Virus record (IMG/VR): IMGVR_UViG_3300029813_000255
Coordinates: 1-64,000 of that record
Origin: a virus
Direction: 5' to 3' (one strand)
DNA: 64,000 bases
Part shown: piece by piece, positions 18,329-28,512 of the stretch
How positions within the stretch are numbered: position 1 is the first letter of the stretch
Layout: every line of letters begins with the position of its first letter
Program-made: the position numbers and the translations under genes
Notes under the pieces: model-generated
Told to the model about the DNA's origin: nothing
Seen by the model: only the letters and a program-made list of their open reading frames with translations
Databases searched by the model: none

Positions 18329-19054
18329 ATGCGTACCATCACAAACACTATCCAAACTACTTTTTCATCAAGCTTGGAGACGCGAGCTTTATATTTGTAT
18401 GATTGCTATGTCGGTATAAGTAAAAATAACAAACATGGCAATTACCTTGATGTGGGATGTGGTTATGGAGTTAATTCATCTATTTTCGGACAAGACTTTA
18501 ATACCGTTTCTTGTCTCGATCTTAGTACTGAAAATTTGAATGAATGCAGAAGACGTATCACTTCGGAGAACAATAAAAAATCATTCTTTATAAGAGGTGA
18601 TGCGCAGTCACTACCTTTCAAACCCGATTGTTTTGATTTAATTTCAGCTTTCTCACTTATTGAGCATGTCACAGATAAACGAGCAATGCTAAGTAATCTT
18701 TTAAGTGTGTTAAAGAAAGATGGCGAGCTTGTGCTTCAATTTCCAAATAAGTATTTCTTTGTGGAGTTACATACAGGCTTACCTGTTTATTTTATTGTCC
18801 CATCTTTTATAAAACCTTGGTTTCTTAGGAAAATAGGCTATGAGAGACTGTTGGAGATAAATATTCCTACGATAAAAGAGATAAAAAGGATAATAGAAGG
18901 TTTAAGTGTTTCAGTCACGATAAGAAAATCTAAGGTGATATATCCAATAGAAACGATTCCGCGTGAATTGAGGTGGATATACAGAATTTTGAAAAAGCTA
19001 AAAGTACTGGATTTAGTACCTATGGGATGGATAGTATGTATTAGGAAAGCCTGA
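18329..19054 (+). CDS. Class I SAM-dependent methyltransferase
   Basis: LDVGCGYG, GDAQSLPF, SLIEHV, LKKDG. Confidence 0.88.
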   Translation: MRTITNTIQTTFSSSLETRALYLYDCYVGISKNNKHGNYLDVGCGYGVNSSIFGQDFNTVSCLDLSTENLNECRRRITSENNKKSFFIRGDAQSLPFKPDCFDLISAFSLIEHVTDKRAMLSNLLSVLKKDGELVLQFPNKYFFVELHTGLPVYFIVPSFIKPWFLRKIGYERLLEINIPTIKEIKRIIEGLSVSVTIRKSKVIYPIETIPRELRWIYRILKKLKVLDLVPMGWIVCIRKA

Positions 19055-19268
19055 AAGGTAATTTTTCAGACTACAAAGGAGAAAAAAAATGATAGAAAAA
19101 ATATTGTTATATATATTTATGGCGATGTGGGTAGGTAGTATAATTAGTTGCTTTACAATAGGAGTTCTTATGGAAGATCATAAAAAGTTAGAAAAAAATG
19201 CAATATTACCTGTAATTATCGGTATAATAACAACTTTTGTGATAACAACACAATGGTGGTAAAAACAA

Positions 19269-20258
19269 ATGAAAACAAAAATAGCGTTTGTATATTATGG
19301 AGATAGTACATTCGTAGAACAGGACTATAATATCCTATCTAAGTCCTTTGAAGTTCGTAAAGTGCAATTTGCTGGTATCAAGAGTATTTACGATATATAC
19401 AAAGCAACGAAGTGGGCAGATGTATCTTTCTGCTGGTTTGCGGATGTGTGGTCATTCATTGCAGTTGTATCTGCGAAACTATTAAAAAAGAAGTCAGTTG
19501 TAGTTATAGGTGGTTATGATGTTGAATGTGTAAAAGAGATTGAATACGGCATGTGTACAAAACCGTGGTGGCGTAGGTGGATGCGTACTTACACATTAAA
19601 GAACGCTACAATGCTTTTAGCGGTATCTGAATACACAGCACAAAAAACGCACCTGTTTGTTTATAAAGATGCACGTAAACTAAGTGTTGTTTACAACGGT
19701 ATAAATATAAACTATTTTGTACCAAAAGGCAAAAAAGAAAATATTGTATTAACGGTTGCTTCGGGTGGCAACAATGATATAATCAGATTAAAAGGGCTTG
19801 ATACTTTTGTCAAAATTGCAAAATACGTACGGAATACAAAATTTGTTGTAGTGGGATTAGATGAGAAAACCAGATACGAATTAAGTAAAATAGCTATTAG
19901 CGATAACATAAAACTATTAGGTAAGCTTCCGCAAGATGAACTTCTAAAATGGTATCAACGTGCAAAAGTGTATTGTCAACTATCTAAAGTAGAGAGTTTT
20001 GGTATGTCGTTAGCAGAAGCAATGTCGTGTGGATGTGTACCTGTTGTTCATGGTGTAGGTGGAATGCCAGAAGTGGAATGTCATACAGGAATTGAAGTAA
20101 TGTTAGTTGCGAATTCTAAAATGGTTGCACATAGTATACGTGAAGCATTACATATAGCAAATGATTTAAAAGGAGTAGAAGCAAGAGAACACATACAATA
20201 TTGTTTTTCTATTGAAGAACGCGAACGGAAATTAGTACAAATATTGGAGGAAATATAA
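19269..20258 (+). CDS. Glycosyltransferase family 4
   Basis: VVYNGI, KGLD, ESFGMSLAEAMSCG. Confidence 0.92.
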   Translation: MKTKIAFVYYGDSTFVEQDYNILSKSFEVRKVQFAGIKSIYDIYKATKWADVSFCWFADVWSFIAVVSAKLLKKKSVVVIGGYDVECVKEIEYGMCTKPWWRRWMRTYTLKNATMLLAVSEYTAQKTHLFVYKDARKLSVVYNGININYFVPKGKKENIVLTVASGGNNDIIRLKGLDTFVKIAKYVRNTKFVVVGLDEKTRYELSKIAISDNIKLLGKLPQDELLKWYQRAKVYCQLSKVESFGMSLAEAMSCGCVPVVHGVGGMPEVECHTGIEVMLVANSKMVAHSIREALHIANDLKGVEAREHIQYCFSIEERERKLVQILEEI

Positions 20259-20259
20259 A

Positions 20260-21309
20260 ATGAAACCGTTAGTAAGTATAGTCATACCTGCTTTTAATGC
20301 CGAAAAATACATAAGAGAAGCCGTGCTCTCTGTATATAAACAATATTATTCACCTTTTGAAGTTATTGTGGTTAATGACGGATCAACTGATAAAACAAAA
20401 GAATTTTTGTTAGATTCAGAGATGTTGCAAGTAACGGGTGATACATTGAACGTAATAGAATTGCCTAAAAACGAAGGCGCCGGAAATGCTTTGCGAGTCG
20501 GTTTTGAAGCAGCTAAAGGTGATTATGTGTGTTGGCTTTCAGCAGACGATAAATTTGTGGATGTAAATAAAACAAAGAAACAAGTAAAAGTAATGCAACA
20601 AACAAATGCCGACTGGTCGTACTATCCACAATTTCAAATGGGTGCAACAGTTAAGGATTCTAAGAAGGTAGTATCGCATTGCATTCCACACATTTCGTTC
20701 TTAGACGATAAAATCGAACGTGATAGCGGACTACTTTTCTTATCGTTATTATTTCACAATCCTATAAACGGCAGTACAACAATGTTCAAACGTGAAACTC
20801 TCAAAAACTTCGGTACTTTTGATAGCACTTTGAAACGCGCGGATGCTGATGGTGATCTTTGGCTACGATATGCTGTTTTAGGTGCAAAAGTAGTACGTGT
20901 AGAAGGAGGTTCGATTTTATATCGTACTCATTCCGCACAACTATCTAAAGATACAGAAGCGATGCTTTATGGTACAGAAATAACAAGATGTCGTGCTTTG
21001 AAATCAATCGAAGATACTACTTATTGTTTTGATGCTCTCTTAAATAAAAACAAATGGTTGCTATATGGTATGTTTACATTGCAACAATATAAGAAACGTC
21101 CTTTTGTGAGTAGAATGTTATGTTTACATGTGATAAGACATAGTGCGATGTACTCTTCTATGTTTGTGCGGTTTTGTGATAAGATTTTTAGAAAAGTGGA
21201 TATGTACATTGAAAACATTCTTGATTGGGCACGATTTGAATGTGAATTAGAAAGAGCGATGGTATCGGATGAATACAAAAAGCATTTAGAGAGATTTAAC
21301 AACAAATGA
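20260..21309 (+). CDS. Glycosyltransferase family 2
   Basis: VSIVIPAFN, VVNDGSTD, LSADD. Confidence 0.92.
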   Translation: MKPLVSIVIPAFNAEKYIREAVLSVYKQYYSPFEVIVVNDGSTDKTKEFLLDSEMLQVTGDTLNVIELPKNEGAGNALRVGFEAAKGDYVCWLSADDKFVDVNKTKKQVKVMQQTNADWSYYPQFQMGATVKDSKKVVSHCIPHISFLDDKIERDSGLLFLSLLFHNPINGSTTMFKRETLKNFGTFDSTLKRADADGDLWLRYAVLGAKVVRVEGGSILYRTHSAQLSKDTEAMLYGTEITRCRALKSIEDTTYCFDALLNKNKWLLYGMFTLQQYKKRPFVSRMLCLHVIRHSAMYSSMFVRFCDKIFRKVDMYIENILDWARFECELERAMVSDEYKKHLERFNNK

Positions 21310-22289
21310 AGAAAATACTAAGTATCATAGGAAACCGACCGAACACACTCAAATGGAGTGTATTATCACTTGAACTACGAAAAGTGTTTAAAGAAGTGGT
21401 TATTCACACGGGACAGCATTACGATTACAATATGGATGGTAGCTTCTTTAAAGATATGCACTTAAGTAAACCAGATTACTTCTTAGAAGTGGGGTCGGCG
21501 ACACACGGTAAACAAACGGGAGAGATGCTATCACAAATCGAAGCTATTTTATTGCAAGAAGAGCCAGATTGTGCTATTGTCTTCGGAGATACAAACACAA
21601 CTTTAGCGGGTGCGTTAGCAGCGTCTAAGCTAAACATAAAAGTAGCGCATGTAGAAGCGGGGGTGCGGTCTTTTAACATGAAGATGCCAGAAGAGTTGAA
21701 CCGTGTATTAGTAGACAACTCTTCAGATTACTTGTTTTGTCCTACACAAAAAGCGTTGTTCAATTTAGAATACATGGAAGGTAAGAAACATCTTTGTTAC
21801 TGTGGAGATGTTCTGGTGGATTTAGTACATAAATATGCGTTTACTAACCATTCTGATATATTAAATGAGTTAAATACCAAAAGAGGGAAATATTATGTTG
21901 TTACAATACACAGAGAGGAGAATACAACACAAAAAGAGCATTTTGAAAACATCATTAAAGATTTGTTTGGTTTGAAGTTTCCTGTTATTTTTCCATGTCA
22001 TCCCCGTACATATAAGAAGATCGTGGAATGGGACTTGTTAGATGAATGGTTTTTTCATGACGTTTGTGTCTATGAACCATTAAGTTACACAGACATGCTC
22101 TATTTAATACAAAACGCGAGACGTGTATACACGGATTCCGGTGGTGTGCAACGTGAAGCACTTATCTTAGATGTGCCATGTACGGTATTACGAAAAGAAA
22201 CCGAATGGGACGGTTTGAAAGACGATCATATGTTTAACAAAACAGGTGCATGTAAAGCTATTGTCACGACTTTAAAGGAGGTGTTATAA
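21306..22289 (+). CDS. wecB: UDP-N-acetylglucosamine 2-epimerase (non-hydrolysing)
   Basis: GNRP, HTGQHYD, GDTNT, HVEAGVRS, PEELNR, HREEN, TDSGGVQREA. Confidence 0.93.
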   Translation: MKKILSIIGNRPNTLKWSVLSLELRKVFKEVVIHTGQHYDYNMDGSFFKDMHLSKPDYFLEVGSATHGKQTGEMLSQIEAILLQEEPDCAIVFGDTNTTLAGALAASKLNIKVAHVEAGVRSFNMKMPEELNRVLVDNSSDYLFCPTQKALFNLEYMEGKKHLCYCGDVLVDLVHKYAFTNHSDILNELNTKRGKYYVVTIHREENTTQKEHFENIIKDLFGLKFPVIFPCHPRTYKKIVEWDLLDEWFFHDVCVYEPLSYTDMLYLIQNARRVYTDSGGVQREALILDVPCTVLRKETEWDGLKDDHMFNKTGACKAIVTTLKEVL

Positions 22290-23510
22290 GTGAAAATCGT
22301 ATTGATTAATCCACCAAGTCAATATTTAGAGAATGACGCTGCATATCCGCCAATGGGTTTGATGTATTTGGCTACACCTTTAGAAAAAGCAGGGCATGAA
22401 GTAGAGATATTGGATTTGACAGCTACAGTAAATTGGAAGCAAAAAGTACAATCGGTAGAAGCGGATTTGTTTGGTATCACCTGCGTTACTCCTAACTATC
22501 CAACAGTAAAAGAGATATGCCATTTATTGCCTGGAGAAATACCGAAAATGGTTGGCGGTGCACATCCTACTTTTATGCCGTATGATGTATTTAACGATTT
22601 AAAAGGATGTACTGTGGTAAAAGGTGAAGCAGACAATATGATAGTAGATATAGTAAATGATGTCAAAGAAGGTAATCTTTTCGGTATTTATAACGGCATC
22701 CCTAATAAACCTGCACGCCACTTTTTAGCTAACAAACCTGCACGCCACTTAGTAGATTTACATAAATATACTCCAGGTGGAGAGAAGGCAACACCTGTTT
22801 ATACTTCACGGGGATGTCCATATAATTGTACTTTTTGCTCAAAAATCACTGGAAACTATCCTCATATGTTTCATATTTCTCAGATAATTGGAGAAATAGA
22901 AGAGGTAAAAGAGATAGGATTTAATAATATTGTATTTGGCGATGACAATATAGCAGCACGTCCTTTGCATCTAAAAGCGTTATTGGGAGCAGTAGTGCCG
23001 TTAGATATAACATTTAGGTTGAATATGGATTCACGTCATATTACAACGGATATGCTTAAACAAGCAAAAGAAGCAGGTTGCACAGAAATAAGCATGGGTA
23101 TTGAATCCGGTAGTCAAAAAATGTTAAACGCTATGAATAAACAAACAATAGTAGAAAGAAACAAAAGAGCAATAGAAATGATAAAAGAAGCAGAGATCGT
23201 AGCGAAAGCGTATTTCATGGTGAATTTTCCGGGCGAAACCGAAACCACAGTACAAGAAACTATAGACTTCATACGAGGAACACAACCAGATAAAAGCTTT
23301 CTTTCCGCGTTTGCACCGCTTCCAGGTAGCTACGTATTTAAGCATCCTGCAGAATATGGTATCACGTGGATGTCATCGGATTGGAGTGATTACTATTTAG
23401 TGGGTAAAGAATTCGTACCATGTTTTATGTCTGAAGGATTAAGTATTAGAAATCAAACACGTTTTTATCAGACTTTACAGTGCGCAATTGAAATGGAGGA
23501 ACAAAAATGA
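22290..23510 (+). CDS. B12-binding radical SAM protein
   Basis: PPMGLMYLA, GGAHPT, SRGCPYNCTFC, GIESGS. Confidence 0.92.
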   Translation: MKIVLINPPSQYLENDAAYPPMGLMYLATPLEKAGHEVEILDLTATVNWKQKVQSVEADLFGITCVTPNYPTVKEICHLLPGEIPKMVGGAHPTFMPYDVFNDLKGCTVVKGEADNMIVDIVNDVKEGNLFGIYNGIPNKPARHFLANKPARHLVDLHKYTPGGEKATPVYTSRGCPYNCTFCSKITGNYPHMFHISQIIGEIEEVKEIGFNNIVFGDDNIAARPLHLKALLGAVVPLDITFRLNMDSRHITTDMLKQAKEAGCTEISMGIESGSQKMLNAMNKQTIVERNKRAIEMIKEAEIVAKAYFMVNFPGETETTVQETIDFIRGTQPDKSFLSAFAPLPGSYVFKHPAEYGITWMSSDWSDYYLVGKEFVPCFMSEGLSIRNQTRFYQTLQCAIEMEEQK

Positions 23511-24430
23511 AAAAAATCTTAGTATTGGGTGGTGCAGGAGTAGTAGGACGACATTTAGTACGTGCATTACGAGAGATAGATGAATATGAAGTGTGGGTTT
23601 TTGATCGTGTGAGGAAAACCGAAGAGAATTACATTCGAGGTGACATTGTAGATTATTATAGTATATCGAAAGCGTTTAGTCGAGTGCAACCAGATATAGT
23701 AGTGCATTTGGCGGGTATGGTCTCACGTTGGGAATGTGAAGAGACACCCATATTAGCTATACAAACAAACATAACAGGTATGTTCAATGTATGTTCACTT
23801 TCGTTACGGTATGGCGCAAGGTTGCTTTATTCTGGTACCTCAGAGGAATATGGTTCGGAGTTTGAAGACGGTGCAATCGTAACAGAAGAAACTCCTTTGG
23901 GTGCGGCAACAAATGTATATTGTCTAACGAAACGAAATGCAGATGAAATGGTACATTATTTTGCACACGCTAAACAATTAAGAGCAACGACTATGCGGTT
24001 CTTTATGTTTTATGGTACAGATGATGAACTCACGGACTATCGCTGTGCTATTACGAGATTTGTGCACGATGCACTACAAAACAAAACGTTGTTGGTACAT
24101 GAAGGCACGGAACGTAGTTGGTGTTATATGCCAAATGCGATAGAAGCAATACAAAAGATAATTGAACGTAAGCAAAAAGAAAACTACGAAATATTTAATA
24201 TTGGTAAAGAAGACCCTGTTACAGCAGAAGATTTAGCAGAGATGATAATATATCGAGTGGGTGCAGGGAGAATTGAGATGATACCAGCAGAAAGCACAAT
24301 AACGCCGATAAAGCGAGGAAGTTTTGAAAAGGCGAAACGAGAATTAGGATGGGAAGCTACTACATATTTAGGTGATGGATTAGACGAAGTAGTTCGATGG
24401 ATGAAAACGAAAATCGAAATAAGACTATGA
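23507..24430 (+). CDS. NAD-dependent sugar epimerase/dehydratase
   Basis: GGAGVVG, HLAG, YCLTK. Confidence 0.9.
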   Translation: MKKILVLGGAGVVGRHLVRALREIDEYEVWVFDRVRKTEENYIRGDIVDYYSISKAFSRVQPDIVVHLAGMVSRWECEETPILAIQTNITGMFNVCSLSLRYGARLLYSGTSEEYGSEFEDGAIVTEETPLGAATNVYCLTKRNADEMVHYFAHAKQLRATTMRFFMFYGTDDELTDYRCAITRFVHDALQNKTLLVHEGTERSWCYMPNAIEAIQKIIERKQKENYEIFNIGKEDPVTAEDLAEMIIYRVGAGRIEMIPAESTITPIKRGSFEKAKRELGWEATTYLGDGLDEVVRWMKTKIEIRL

Positions 24431-24753
24431 GACAAATAACTGGTAGGATTTGGTTAGGACGCTTGAAAGTAACATTTACACGTGTAAGTATGTACTTCTC
24501 GTATGTTAACTTTCTTTTATTGATTATGACGTTTTACAGTATAACAGGTTACAAATACGCTTCTTTATGGTTGTTTGCTTTAGTTGGTATAGTTGGTATT
24601 ATAACTATGGGATTGATTGACTATTTTGTTATGCTTCCATCCGAACAGGCTTTTATGAATCAACAGTTTGCACGCCATCAAAATCCAATATATGAAGATG
24701 TAAAGTACATCCGCAACGCTTTAGAAACAAAAAATGAGAAAAAAGATGAATGA
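24397..24753 (+). CDS. Small membrane protein
   Basis: Two TM segments; true start probably 24427. Confidence 0.6.
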   Translation: MDENENRNKTMRQITGRIWLGRLKVTFTRVSMYFSYVNFLLLIMTFYSITGYKYASLWLFALVGIVGIITMGLIDYFVMLPSEQAFMNQQFARHQNPIYEDVKYIRNALETKNEKKDE

Positions 24754-24991
24754 ATGTAGAACAGTAAAATCTATTATAGTATATACAAAAACAAACGGAT
24801 TCTGTACTTTTCTTAGTTCATATGGATATGTATATGTAAGAGAGAATATTGACAGGATTATTATGTCAGATTGGAAAGATTTTCTACGGTTGGTGTACTG
24901 TAACTATACAGACTTGAACGGTTATCGTATCGTGGAAAACAATGACTCAATAAAAGTACGTAGGTTTGTAGAAGAGGAGAAGGAGACGTAA
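24734..24991 (+). CDS. Hypothetical protein
   Basis: ORF. Confidence 0.45.
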   Translation: MRKKMNECRTVKSIIVYTKTNGFCTFLSSYGYVYVRENIDRIIMSDWKDFLRLVYCNYTDLNGYRIVENNDSIKVRRFVEEEKET

Positions 24992-25198
24992 TAACCAAAT
25001 GGTACTTCCAAATTTAGAAGGGTATTACAAAGAACGTGATAGATTAGTACGGGAAACAGAAATGGACTACATAGATGCTTGCAATTAAGCATGGCGCACA
25101 GAAATTGATAAGAAAAAAGAGAAAGGAACAAGGTATTAATAAAAAAGAAACGTTGGAATCCTTGTTCTTTATTATTTGTGTTGGATTAGTTGGATTAA

Positions 25199-25510
25199 CT
25201 AATACCCAGCGCCTCCACCACCGGTGCCGCCGAATCCACCTCTGATGTAGTATATGATTAGACCAGCCAGAACAGCTATTACTACGATCACCATCATTGA
25301 CCATCCGGTATTCATAATGGCAGTGATTTTTGTGAGTGCCGTATAGAATATACTACCACTCGTTATCTTTGCTATTCCATATATTTCGTTCACAACGTAT
25401 ACGGAGATTACACCTATCACTACAACGAAGAATATACCCATGGCTACGTCCTGTAGTTCTGCCATAGCTTTAACATCTTTGTGGAATTTTTCTATTGTAT
25501 CTTTTATCAT
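25199..25510 (-). CDS. Putative major capsid protein of spindle-virus type (two hydrophobic helices, class III signal-like leader)
   Basis: Own strong promoter and GGAGGTGA RBS before ATG 25510; FHKDVKA/MAEL leader, helix-loop-helix, Gly-rich tail; isolated on the - strand. Confidence 0.65.
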   Translation of the reverse strand: MIKDTIEKFHKDVKAMAELQDVAMGIFFVVVIGVISVYVVNEIYGIAKITSGSIFYTALTKITAIMNTGWSMMVIVVIAVLAGLIIYYIRGGFGGTGGGGAGY

Positions 25511-25542
25511 GTTGTTCACCTCCGCTTACAAATATATAGAAA

Positions 25543-25564
25543 AAAACATACTATATAAACTTTT
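25543..25564 (-). promoter_or_regulatory. BRE-TATA promoter of the MCP-like gene
   Basis: AAAAGTTTATATAGTATGTTTT on the - strand. Confidence 0.7.
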
Positions 25565-25573
25565 AACAAAAAA

Positions 25574-26170
25574 ATGAAATTCAAAACCCTATTTGCTCTT
25601 TTTCTTAGTGCGTCAATTATTAAACTATTGTTCGCGGCGACCATAAATTCACCGCATATAGTCTTCGATGAGACAATTTTATTTATTGAATCTCAAACTA
25701 TATGGCACAATCACAGTTACTTCGGTGGAAGATTATTTGAATTTCCTCAGTATCCGCCTCTTTATCCTCTGCTTATCAGTCCAACAGCCGTTTTTACTGA
25801 TGTAGTGCAATCTTTTAAAGCGATTTTAGTAATAAACTGTTTTATCTCAAGCACGGTAATCTTTCCTGTGTATTATCTTGCAAAGGAATACCTACCTGAA
25901 CGCGAAACACAGTTTACAGTCATCTTGATGTGTATATTACCATCATGTTTTCTCTATTCTTATGCTGTAATGTGTGAGAACTTGTTCGTACCATTATTTT
26001 TCTGTTCAATATACTTTATAAAGAAGAGCATAGACGAGGATAGTTTCAGAAATAATACTCTAACAGGTGTTTTTATATCACTTACGGTTTTAACAAAACT
26101 AACTGGTTTGGTTCTGGTAGGAGTTTATGTTATAGTTAAAATATTTATGTATTTTAAAAGGATAGAATAA
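25574..26170 (+). CDS. GT-C fold (ArnT/PMT, GT39-like) glycosyltransferase, N-terminal half
   Basis: FDE motif after TM1, YPPLYPLL, ENLFVPL, TKLTG. Confidence 0.75.
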   Translation: MKFKTLFALFLSASIIKLLFAATINSPHIVFDETILFIESQTIWHNHSYFGGRLFEFPQYPPLYPLLISPTAVFTDVVQSFKAILVINCFISSTVIFPVYYLAKEYLPERETQFTVILMCILPSCFLYSYAVMCENLFVPLFFCSIYFIKKSIDEDSFRNNTLTGVFISLTVLTKLTGLVLVGVYVIVKIFMYFKRIE

Positions 26171-27109
26171 ATGAAAAATAATACACTTTTTGGACTTCTT
26201 ATAATCGTTCTTGTAATCATTATGTACTTCTTTCTAAATGCTTCTCACTATGGTACTTCTTCTCACTCAACCATAACAGGGTATGGAACAGGACGATTTA
26301 CAACACAATTTTTTCCGCTTTTACTTGCACAGACTTTGTACCTTTCTCTGGCAGGAGCCGGAATAGCGTTCTTACTTTTTTTCGGTAAGCTCAAACAGTT
26401 CAAATTGTTCTGGTTAATAATTATTAGCTCGTTTATATTCATTGCTTATGCAATGCCTACTATGGGCGTTCACGGACGATATGTGGACGTGTTTGTCCCT
26501 TTGATGATAATAGGTGCATTTGCATATAAGGAAGGAAATAAACTACGTTTATTGCAAGGTTTTACACTTATTCTCGTATCAATACCAATGTTCTGCTTGT
26601 TTTGGAGAGATACAATAAATACTTTCTCTAATATCTATGTACTTATTCCATATATTCAGTATCTCTATGTACCATATATATTTTTAGTGTTTCTTTTTTT
26701 GACATCAATGACTGTTAAAGATAGAAAGAGAATTGCAACGATAACGTTTGTACTTTTACTCATAACGTTCACAGCGGGAAACGTTACAAACTTTCAATAT
26801 CTTAATCAAGCTTCGGATAACGCTTACGAGCACAGTTTAATAGGAAGGTATATCAATGAAAACAAGAACGTTGACGTAACCTTTGACAAGGATAACTTTG
26901 AAGATTGGTGGGGCACGTACTGTTTACTGAATTACTACAACTCAGGATACATACCAGTGGAAGATACTGAAAACATGACAGGCAACTACTTCATTTCGTC
27001 AAAGACACTGCCTTGCGATGTATTAGTAACAAATAAAAAATTCTGTTTAGTAGAAGAAGATAATAGTACAGAACTGTTATATCTATATAGGATAGGAAGA
27101 AAATGCTAA
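26171..27109 (+). CDS. Multi-TM protein, probable C-terminal half of the GT-C enzyme
   Basis: HGRYVDVFVP motif, several TM helices, same frame as the previous ORF. Confidence 0.65.
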   Translation: MKNNTLFGLLIIVLVIIMYFFLNASHYGTSSHSTITGYGTGRFTTQFFPLLLAQTLYLSLAGAGIAFLLFFGKLKQFKLFWLIIISSFIFIAYAMPTMGVHGRYVDVFVPLMIIGAFAYKEGNKLRLLQGFTLILVSIPMFCLFWRDTINTFSNIYVLIPYIQYLYVPYIFLVFLFLTSMTVKDRKRIATITFVLLLITFTAGNVTNFQYLNQASDNAYEHSLIGRYINENKNVDVTFDKDNFEDWWGTYCLLNYYNSGYIPVEDTENMTGNYFISSKTLPCDVLVTNKKFCLVEEDNSTELLYLYRIGRKC

Positions 27110-27537
27110 AAACAACCGTTGTATTGCTTTGCTTCTTGTTTGCTTCATATTTTGACATTAAAACAAGAGAAGTCAGTAACAATTTGTGGGTGATCGTGTT
27201 TCCATCAGGACTGTTATTTTTCAGCTATGCGTTACTTCTTTCGTTTTTCACAGTCTTAACCTCGTTCTTAATAACAGCGACCTTTGCTTTAGGATGCTGG
27301 AAATTTAAACAATTCGGTGGAGCGGATACAAAAGCGATCATAATAATAGGCTTGTTCTATCCATACTGGATGTACGGTGTACCTTTTGCTATTTTAGCTA
27401 CTTCAATAGGTTGTGCTGTACTCATTATTTTTTATGGTATCCAAAAGAAGTTTCATTTTAAGGAGCACTATCCTTTAATCCCATTCTTTACAGTTGGTTT
27501 GATCCTACTGCAAACATTAAGGTTTATAAACTATTAA
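27103..27537 (+). CDS. Prepilin/preflagellin peptidase (A24, PibD/FlaK-like)
   Basis: SYFDIKTREV and FGGADTK catalytic Asp motifs, PLIPF. Confidence 0.88.
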   Translation: MLKTTVVLLCFLFASYFDIKTREVSNNLWVIVFPSGLLFFSYALLLSFFTVLTSFLITATFALGCWKFKQFGGADTKAIIIIGLFYPYWMYGVPFAILATSIGCAVLIIFYGIQKKFHFKEHYPLIPFFTVGLILLQTLRFINY

Positions 27538-27542
27538 TAGGA

Positions 27543-27767
27543 ATGAGTATTATTATGGAAAACGAAAGCACGGAAGTAAAGAAAATGAACAAAGCGACAA
27601 TAATAGGTTTGGTAGTGGTAGTACTATTCTTTATACTACCTATAGCCAATGGAAACTCTGTCATTCCGAGCTGTATATCAGAGATAGAAGTAGGTGAGTT
27701 CATAGGTGGTATATTGAACTACTGGATAACAGTAGTGAAGACAATAATTGCAACCGTGAAGTGGTAA
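27543..27767 (+). CDS. Small membrane protein
   Basis: Hydrophobic segments. Confidence 0.5.
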   Translation: MSIIMENESTEVKKMNKATIIGLVVVVLFFILPIANGNSVIPSCISEIEVGEFIGGILNYWITVVKTIIATVKW

Positions 27768-27828
27768 GCAGAAAAAGAGCGGAGCGAAGCGTAGCGATAA
27801 AAGATTGATGGGAGTGAGTTAAAATTTC

Positions 27829-27904
27829 AGGAGTTACCGATCAGTAACTCCTACCGACACAATAGGAAAGATACTTCTTAGGAGTTACCGATCAGTAACT
27901 CCTA
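27829..27904. repeat. Two copies of a 25-bp near-palindrome, 51 bp apart
   Basis: AGGAGTTACCGATCAGTAACTCCTA at 27829 and 27880; the second copy overlaps the stop of the wHTH gene. Confidence 0.9.
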
Positions 27905-28512
27905 AAAATATCCATTATTTTCTTTAGTTGTTTTGGTTTGAGTGCTGATCTGTAAACCACTTTTCCTTTTGCTAATCTGAACGTTATAAATAGTCCTGCT
28001 TCTTTAAGTTTTTTCAAATGCTTTTTTGTCATACATTCTTTGACATTAAATTTTTTCATAAACTTTTTTATTGTTATTTCTCCTTCTTCTAACAGTATTT
28101 CTATTACTTCAATTGCATAATTTTGTTTTAGTATCTTAGTTATAGTTTCTTTATTTTCATTATAAGATACTGGACTTTTTGGTTTTTCAGAAGCAAAAAA
28201 GTTTATTGCATCTATCTCCAAAAAGTTTTTGAGTTTAAAGCTACGTCCTTCTTTATCGAGAGTAAATGCTATTCTTTTCTCGTGTGTTTTCTTGTTTATT
28301 GAATAAGTTATATATGTTCCTCTTTGTTTTGCGTCAGTTGTATTTATAGGTTCGCGTGCTTTATTAGACCAATTCTCTTCAATAGTAGGGCTTAGTTTCG
28401 ATAAGTCGTTATAATGGTCAATCCCTTTGTTATCAATCCAGTGCCCTAACTTAGTTGCTCCTTCGGGAAAGATAATATTAGGATTCCTGCTTTTGCTTTT
28501 CTGAATTTTCAT
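27892..28512 (-). CDS. C-terminal winged-helix DNA-binding protein (paralog of 62065-62745)
   Basis: IEILLEEGEIT...KHLKKLKEAGL...GKVVY. Confidence 0.7.
   Translation of the reverse strand: MKIQKSKSRNPNIIFPEGATKLGHWIDNKGIDHYNDLSKLSPTIEENWSNKAREPINTTDAKQRGTYITYSINKKTHEKRIAFTLDKEGRSFKLKNFLEIDAINFFASEKPKSPVSYNENKETITKILKQNYAIEVIEILLEEGEITIKKFMKKFNVKECMTKKHLKKLKEAGLFITFRLAKGKVVYRSALKPKQLKKIMDIFRSY

Noticed and set aside
27776-27820. Second guide-type pentamer array (GGAGC GAAGC GTAGC)
   Set aside because: Only about four units, no GGY core, no RAMP gene nearby; better explained by the shared GCGAAGC motif
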